DNA of 64,000 nt from a virus (lineage: Duplodnaviria; Caudoviricetes): positions 1 through 64,000 of IMG/VR virus record IMGVR_UViG_3300037400_001903; one strand, written 5' to 3'. A program made the translations under genes and the position numbers. Positions 12,301 through 21,300 of the stretch are shown here, in pieces; position 1 is the first letter of the stretch; each line of letters opens with the position of its first letter. The notes under the pieces were generated by a model. That model saw only the letters and a program-made list of their open reading frames with translations, was not told the DNA's origin and searched no databases.

Positions 12301-15300
12301 ATTATATCTATTAAATCATAATTATTATGGAAGTCTCTAGTTATATTTTTAGATATAGTACCTTTTTCTGCACCAGAATCTACTATACCAATCTTGTTAC
12401 CTAATAGACTATGTGTTTCCATTAGGTGAAGTGATTTAATATCTTCTGGATTAACTAATAAGTTACCATCTGTATCAAAGATATTATTTATGGCGTTACC
12501 TTGTTTTGTAAAGACACCAATTATTTGAACGCCTCTACCTATTTCAAAATCACCAATCTTTAGTTTATCATGATAAGGACTTCTAATTGCAGTTTGTAAA
12601 TTAGTTAAATCTTCTTTAGAAAGATTCTTAAATTCACAAGATGATGAACGTGAACTACAAGCTACATGCCTGTTACTTACTTGCTCAAAAGTATCTGAAG
12701 CAAGATTCTGAACAAGACCACCAGCTATTAATATCTCAGCATCAAAGTAATTCTTTGAGTCATGACCATCAATATATTTTATCTTAGATACATCTGTAGC
12801 CTCTGAAAGTTGAGCTCTAAGTTTTGTAATCATCTTTCTAGATAAAGCAGTGTTACCAGATGTTGCAGTAAATCTTCTTGATGATAGTGTCTCATCCAAG
12901 TCTGTAGCTAATTTATATTTATAATCAAGAATCTCTTTTAAAGACATATTATCTATATTAGATAAATCATCAAGTTTCTTATCTATATTAAGAGTAGGAT
13001 TATTATATCTAGCATACTCAGCTAATTGTTTTAATTTTTTAGCCTCGCCAGATTTATCTACATCATCTAATATATTAGGAATTAGATTCTCATTAAAGAA
13101 TTTTTTAAATTCTTCACTACCTCTATATAATAACTCAGCACCTCTATATGCATCTATTATTACACGTACACCTTCATCAGTATCTTGTACAGATTGGAAA
13201 GCTATACCTAAGAATTCTTTTATACTAGAAGCTATTTCATCACCAAATGATTTTTGTATTGATGATATTGTCTTAGCTATAACAGCATCTTTAGCAACAC
13301 CTAAAGCTGTCTTTAGTCTAGCTCTAGTGTCTTTACTTAAATTAAACTGATTATAAGTAAACAATTCTGTAGCATCTTTAGTTTCTACATAACGCCCATC
13401 TAATAAATCTTTAAATTTTTTAGAAGCGAAACCTGTTGCTGAATCTTTGTATGATAATATTTCATCAATTAAGAACTTAGTATCAAGAGCAAGTCTTCTT
13501 ATAATTTCATCTGATTGTCTTTCACCTATAGCATATTCTGAATAATAAAGGTCACCATCTTTAAAGTCACTAGCTTTAAGTGTTGGATACTTTGAAGCAT
13601 CTTCTTTTTTGATAACTTTAATGTAAGAAGTTTTATCATCTAATTTAGCATCATTCATATATAAAGCTTTTGCTTTTAATTCATTATCATTTAAAGAATC
13701 ACCATTACGTAATTTTTCAAGTAGTTTTGCTATTGTTACACCAGTACTATTCTCTATTTCTTTTATAACATTAAACTCATTAACTGGGTCATAAGTAGAA
13801 TCATATAACATGTTTATTAAATCATCAGCTGCATCCCAAGTTTTATCAGTAGATTTCATTAAAGAATTACCATATTTTTGTAGAGATGCGTCTGGTTTAA
13901 TTAGCATTACTTTATCTGAGTCAAAGTCTCCACTATGATAAGCCATGAATATATCTGGAGCTAAGATAATATCGTTATAAGTATTATCAACTATTCTAAC
14001 TCTATAAGTGTGAACTATATTCTGACCTACTCCTGGAACTCTATATAGTGAAATATAAACATAATCTGTTGGGCCTAAGCCTAAAGATTCTTTATAAGAT
14101 TCTATAGAAGCTCCACCGAATAATTGTTCAAATCTATGTCTAGTTATGCCAATATCAGTAGACTTTAGTTGATACTGTGTGCCGTCTTCTAAAGTTATAT
14201 TTCTTCCAGGGATTATACCTGAAGCCATTACCCAATTTGTAGGAATATCTACAGATTCAGAGAATGTAGACATAGCATCATCTAATGCATCAAAGTAGAA
14301 GTTCTTTAGAATTCTTGGACCTTTATACTCTATGACAAATTCATTAGTACCAGGCTTATACGCATTTTCGAAGTCACCTGTCTTTAATCCTGTCATTAAA
14401 TCGAATAATAGATTCTTTGTATCATCATCTATATTTTTTAATTCAGCAGCTTTGAAAATCTTATCATAAACTTTTGATACAACAAAAGATTGATAATCTT
14501 TTTCAAGTCTTCTCTTTTCTGATTCAAAGCTTTCCTTAGAAACAGAATCATCTATAAAGTTAATGAAGCTTGTCTCATCATAAGTATTAACAGGTTTCCT
14601 GTCTTTGTATTTAGTATTAAGTAGATATTCTATTTCGTTGATAGGCATCTTTAAGAAATCTTCTTGAGTGAAGTTATCATTCTCTTTTAGTTGCTGCTTC
14701 TCTTTTCTGATTGAATTAATCATGTCATTCATTAACTCAACGCCTGTTTTAAACTTATCTTCTGTTAATTCAGTACCATCATTATTTATGAATAATAATA
14801 CTTTATCTCTAACTGCATTTAAGTTTGATGAGCCATCATCATTAACATGTAATAACCAATTTAAGAAATCAGATTGATATTCAAATATTAATTCATGTTC
14901 AAGATTGTAATCTTTCTTATAAAGATATTGAATTTCATCTGAATTTATTACAGCGTTTCTCTGAGTTACTAATTCATTAAGAAGCTTATCAGTCATAGAT
15001 GTACCATATTTAGAATATAATTCTCTATAATCTTTAGCATCTTTATCTAAAGCATCTAATTTCCAAATATCATCAAATGATTTTAATGAACCGTCTTCTT
15101 GCTTAATAGATGTTAATAACTTAAACAATTCAGTTTTATCTATATCATTAGCATCAAGACTTTTAAGTAAGCTATCTATATCTTTATATAGTGAGGCTTT
15201 AATTTTCTCAACATCTACCAAGTTATTCATTTCATATAAGAAATACTTGTAGGAGAAAATAGCATCATCCATAGCTAAGTGTGATGTAGATTCATCACCT

Positions 15301-18300
15301 AACTGTCTTCTTAAATTTGCTAGAGATACAGAAGCTTTATTAATATCTGCATTAGGTGTTATAACTTTTGCAATATCTTCTTGTGTATCAATATGTTCAA
15401 CAGCATCAGCTAATTTTCCGATTGAACCAAATTGCTTTTCTATTTTCTTGATATCTGTAGCTCTAGAGTTATGTCCAAGAAGTACAAACTCTTTAAGACC
15501 TAATTGAGATAAAGCATGGCTAATAGCTTCATCTATAGCTTTTAGTACTTCAGTATTTGCATCAGAACTATTTATAGAGAAGATGTATTCATTATTATGT
15601 TTTGTTTTAGTCCTTGTATTATATTTTAAACTGTCTTCATAATTCCTGTAAGCTGAAGCTGCATCCTTATCTGTAGAAGCTAGAGTTTCATAACCAGCTA
15701 TTTCACTATCATCATATTTAATTAAGATTCTATATCTAAGAATATCTTCATCTTTAGTTACAGATAAATCTTTAGAACCTTTAGCTACTGCGAAAGATAT
15801 CTCATAAATTTTATCCTCTAGATTTTTACCGAAATAATTTTCAAGGTCGAAATTTACTATAGCTTTACCATCTATAAGCTCAGCAACATTTATTGTTTTT
15901 GCTACACTACCATCATCATTATGAAGGTCAATCATACCTTCTTGAAGAGAAGTTCTAGCGTAATTCTCTTGAAGTTTATTTAAGTAATCTTCATTTCCTA
16001 ATAAGAAGAATTGTAAATCTTTACCTCTATTACCTGATAATATTTTATATTGGATAATATTAGCAACTGCTTGTTTTCTTTCTTCTGGGTCAGATATATT
16101 TGAAACAACTCTTTTCAAATCTAAAGCATGTAATTCACCATCTTCAGAATCTAAATTATCAATAGCTTTAGTAACATTTATATCATCACTTAAATTATCT
16201 AAGGATTCTTTAAGAACATCAGTAATGCTATTCTTGAAATCGAGAATGCTTGATGGAACAGAACTCTCATTTATAAAGTAAGTGAAAGCATCTATAGTAT
16301 CAGCAACCATTTTGTTTGCTTTCTTTTGAAGAGCATCATATTCTTTGCTAGTTAATGTACCTTTCTTTAAATCTATATGAGATAAAGCTTGGTCTTTCAA
16401 ACTTAAGAAATCTGCAGCAGAATGTAAATTCTCTACTGTCTCTAATGTAGAATGAAGCAATCTATCTACAGCGTAGTTTAAAGATTCAACCATAGCTTCT
16501 TTAGTAGCATCAGGCATATTAGCAAATGTTTTAGATACCTCATCCATTATTAGTGTTTTAGAATTCTGCATATATAATGTTCTGATTTCTGAACGAGTCA
16601 TATATGAACCAAGTTGTTTAGCAACTATATCTGCAGCACTATCTGATATAACATCAAAGTCTAATTCATTGTTTCTTTCAAAATAATCTGCAATACAATT
16701 TCTGTAAATCATATTTCTTAAATAAGAAACATTACCAGACTTTTTATCTAGAGACATTATCTTTATATTCTCACCATAAGAAGAAGCATTTAAAGACATG
16801 ACATTCTTAGAGGCATTAAATAAGAAAGCCTTCTTGTAATTTAATTTCTCATCTAATATACCTTTTAAGAATAATTGACGACCTAATGATATAGCTTCTC
16901 TACGACCATAGATATTATCACCAACATTATCTATATGCCATACATCATTCTCATCTTGATAAGCGATAGTATATCTATTATATGAAGAAGACATATCTGT
17001 ACCTGTAGTATTGAAATAAATCTTCAAAGCTAATTCCATAGCTGTCTTTGAATCTATATCTACAAGCGAGTTATCTTTTAATATAGTTCCTGGTATAGAT
17101 TTAGCTAAAGAAGCAATACTTGTAAGCATCTCGCCTAATGCTAGTTTATTTTCCATGTTAGCTACATACACAGAACCTGGATGGTCAACAGTTGGTGTAG
17201 TATAAATATTTAACATTTCTGATAATAATTTAGAGGTTTCACCATTTAATGTTGCAGCAGAAAGTTTCTTGAAGAAAGTATCTTGTTCTTTCTTATACTT
17301 AAGTCTTTCACTTCTAAATAATATTTCATTAGCGAACTCTTCCATAGCATCATTCTTAATAAATGCTTGGCCTGCAGCATTGATTTGTGTAGTTTCTGTT
17401 CCTCTAGAATAAGTAACTCTTTGAGCAGAATAATCACGAACAAGGTCATTTATTGAGCCTTTAATATTAGTTAAATCATTCATTTGGAAAGGGTTAAACA
17501 TAACTTTTTTATCATGCATAACATATAAGCTACCACTAAATTCTTTACCATTTATATCCCAAACTATTTTAATAGAGTTTGCTGTCTCTACATATATGGT
17601 TTTTATTGTTGCAGTACCATTGTTTAAACTTACTAATAGCTTTAATAAACTTTCATCAGGTCTAGATATTGGTGTAATTAATATTTTATCAGGTAGTTTC
17701 GTACCAGTATAGTGCTCAAAAGAATCACCACAATAATCTACTATATCTTTATCAGCTATTTTTAAATCATCTAATGTTATATAAGAATATTCCTTTAAGC
17801 CTTTAGTAGAAACATTAATAGCATTAATTGCATCTTTAGACACTACATAATTTTCTTTTGTTATATCTTTAAAGCTATTATTTTCATACTTATCAATTAA
17901 AGATAACTTCTCTTTTAATTGAGGTGTTACCATTCCAAGCTTTTCTAATGCATCAAATTGTTCTCTAGTAAGAACTCTTATATCATCAATACTAATGAAG
18001 GCTTTACCTGTAGATGAATCATATCTAATCATAGAAGCAATATCTGCATAAGGATTATCTTTTTGTAAAATGAATATGTCATCCCTAGAGTTATAAGTTG
18101 CAGGTGTAAGCATCTTTAATAGACCAACTATTTTCTTAACTGTTTCTGCATTATAACCAGAATCTAAAGCAATCTTAGTATAGTCAAGTTTATCAACTAT
18201 AGCCTTGCCATCATAATCAATACCAAAGTTTCTGTATTCACCCATGTTTTTCTCAACAGCCTCAGCTATTTTATTTAATTGGTCTTTATCAAATACTATA

Positions 18301-21300
18301 TCTATTTCTTCTTTAGTGAATCCTCTTGAGGCTAAAGCATCTATAGTCCTTTGGTTCTCTGATTTTAAATAAGACTTTATAATACTCTCAAGATTTTTTG
18401 TTATATCCTCTTCAGATGAATAACCTTTAATATTTAAAGAAGTATTACTAATGAAAGATTTGAAATCTTCTATAGTATCAAATCTATCAAAGTTCTGACC
18501 TTTAAGGAAATCTAAGAAGTTTGCACCACCAGCACTTAGTCCTTCAACTTTAATAGTATCAAAATTATAAGTTTGTTCTGGTAGCTGAGCAATTTCTAAT
18601 TCATTAGGTAATACAAACATACTTCTTAAATTTATATTACCATTCTTATCAGAGAAATTTTTAATTATATAAGGTAATGTCCAATTATCTGCTTTAACAT
18701 TTGTTATTACAACCTTATGCATTTTACCAGGTAAATCTTCATTAATGAATTCATATAATGAAGAAGTCTTTTTTGTGAAGTTTTTATATTCCTCATCTGA
18801 CATTGTGACTGAGTATAATGAAGTATCACTCTCAGTTTTAACATAAGCATTAGCTGCTTTTATTAAATATAATAATGTTATAGCATTACCAAATGCACCA
18901 TCATCATTCATGTCAGAGAATAATTGTTTATAAGAATAACTATTAAAATATTTTCTACTAGTTTCATTATCTATCTTAGATGCAGCTTTACCTAACTTTA
19001 ACATACAAGTTATAATTTCTTTAGCAGCATCTAAAGATATAGCATCTTTAGTTAAAGTAATACTAAACATTTTATTAATAGCATCTAAGTTTAAAGAATC
19101 AATATCAGCATCAGATACTAATACACCATATCTATCCTTAACAGCAAGTTTAACATCTAGCTTCTCTTTATTATTTAAAAAGACTAGAGAGTTATCATCT
19201 GTAATAATTCTTGAAAGTTGCATTAGTTTATTATAATTTTCTAGAGTTAAATTAAATTCTAAACCTCTTGAAGAATCTGATGTGAAACTAATTCCAGGTT
19301 TATCTAAACTTCTACCTGATTCTAACATAGAATTTACTTCTACTTCAGAATAACCTATAGAATACATCATGTTCTTAAAATCATTTAACTCAGCTGTATT
19401 GTTTCTATCAAATGTTAGAACACTTGTTTCATTATCTGTTTGCAATCTACATAAAGCTCTAAGAGTATCTATGTTTCTAGCATTGCCTAATTTCTTTTCT
19501 AGGTTAGCTATTATAGTTTTACTACCAACAGATAATGCTTCTTTAGAACTTTCAACCTCTAATTCACGGACTAAATTATGAAATTCTTTTGTTTCTAATT
19601 GAGATAAGTTAACAATTATTAAATCTTTTTTGTTATAACGAACAGTATCTTTTAAAAGCTTGCCGTATGTAATTAAAGAATTAATTAGTTCATCCTTAAG
19701 TAGATTAGCATCTATATCTTCTGAACGTAAAGCTAAGAAGGTATCAACGAAATCAGTTATTTCCTTTTCGTTTGTTAAATAATCGTCTAAGTCTAGATTT
19801 CTTAGAGTTTGGCCCAAAGATGTTTGTAAAGGATTTTCTTTTACTAGCTCCAACTGACCTTCTGTAAAAGCTATCAAGCCCTCAAGTCCACTGAAGAAAT
19901 CATTTCCAACTAATTTGTCTTTAATCAATAACTGTTGAACTTCTTTATCTTCTAATACTTTCTTGATAGCACTGTCGAGATTTTTAAGGTCAGTTGAAGA
20001 AACGTCATTGCTATCGCCAGATTTTTTAGCAGCTTGAAGTTTTCCAGAAAGTTCTTTGATTTCACCAGTAGTTTTATAATACTCTAAGTATTTCTTTGTA
20101 TTAGATACAGCTTCGTCATTTCCTGTTGTGTCTATCTCATCATAAGAAATTCCTAGCTTATCAAATATATTTATAAGTTGTATTCTACTTATTGCATCTA
20201 TTTTAGAAGAAGCAAGTGTACATAAATATGTAGCAATTAATTTTCTAGCTCCTTCTTTATATTCTGCAGAATCTAAGAAATGAGTGTTCTCACTGTTATT
20301 GAAAGCAGCAACACCATTTTCTATATTAGCTTTGATTGTTTCAAAATCTTTTAAATAAGCCTTAGCAGTTTTACCTTGACAAATTTGAAGATTATTTCTT
20401 ACGAATATATCTATTAATAAGTCACAACCAGATTTAATCTTGTCTGCTTCTTTAGTCATGTTTAAGCAGAATAAAGCTCTCAATGCTGTAGCTATTGAGT
20501 CTGCTTGTTTTAATTGACCAAAGATTGTATTTTCAAAACAGCCAACTTGTACATATATAGTTTGCACTTTACCTGTTTTATCTAGATACTGCACTTCATT
20601 GAATAATCCTGCAATAGCTAAAGCTCTCATAGCATTATCAAAATTAGGGTTTAACATATCTTGTAAGTAATCATTATGATAAGCCTCATTCATTTTGAAA
20701 ACATTGGAATCATTTAATAAAGTTCTTGCAGCTGCTTCATTAGGTTCAATACCTAAGATTTCTCCAGCAACTTTTTGGAAGTCTTTGTTTATAACTAAGT
20801 CTTCATATTCTGGAACCAATTTACCGTTAGAATCATTAGCTATATGGTCTATTATTACATACTTATCAAAAGAGTCTGAGAACTCTGAACTATTAACATT
20901 ATTATAATCATCAGGTCTAGCTTCTGAATAGAAGTTCATCTCTTTAAGAATAGACTCATCTAGTGATGCTTTCAATCCTGCCATACTTAGTACATCATTT
21001 AACTGTTGATGTAAAGAAATTTTACCACCCTTCTTATCATCAACTGTTTTAATATGAATATGTTTTTGATAAGAAGCATCATCAAAGTTTTCGCCCACAG
21101 ATTTAAAAGTATTGTTGATAGCATCATATTGTTCTTTAGTCAAAGTAAGAACTTTATCTGGGGTATCTAATTTAATACCGACAGAACTTAATACAGATTT
21201 AATTCTTTCGTTTGACATAACAAAGTCTTTATCTATTGTATAAGTAGTTATAGTTGTATTAGTTCCTTGGAATTCTTTAGCATTAGATTCAAACTCATTC

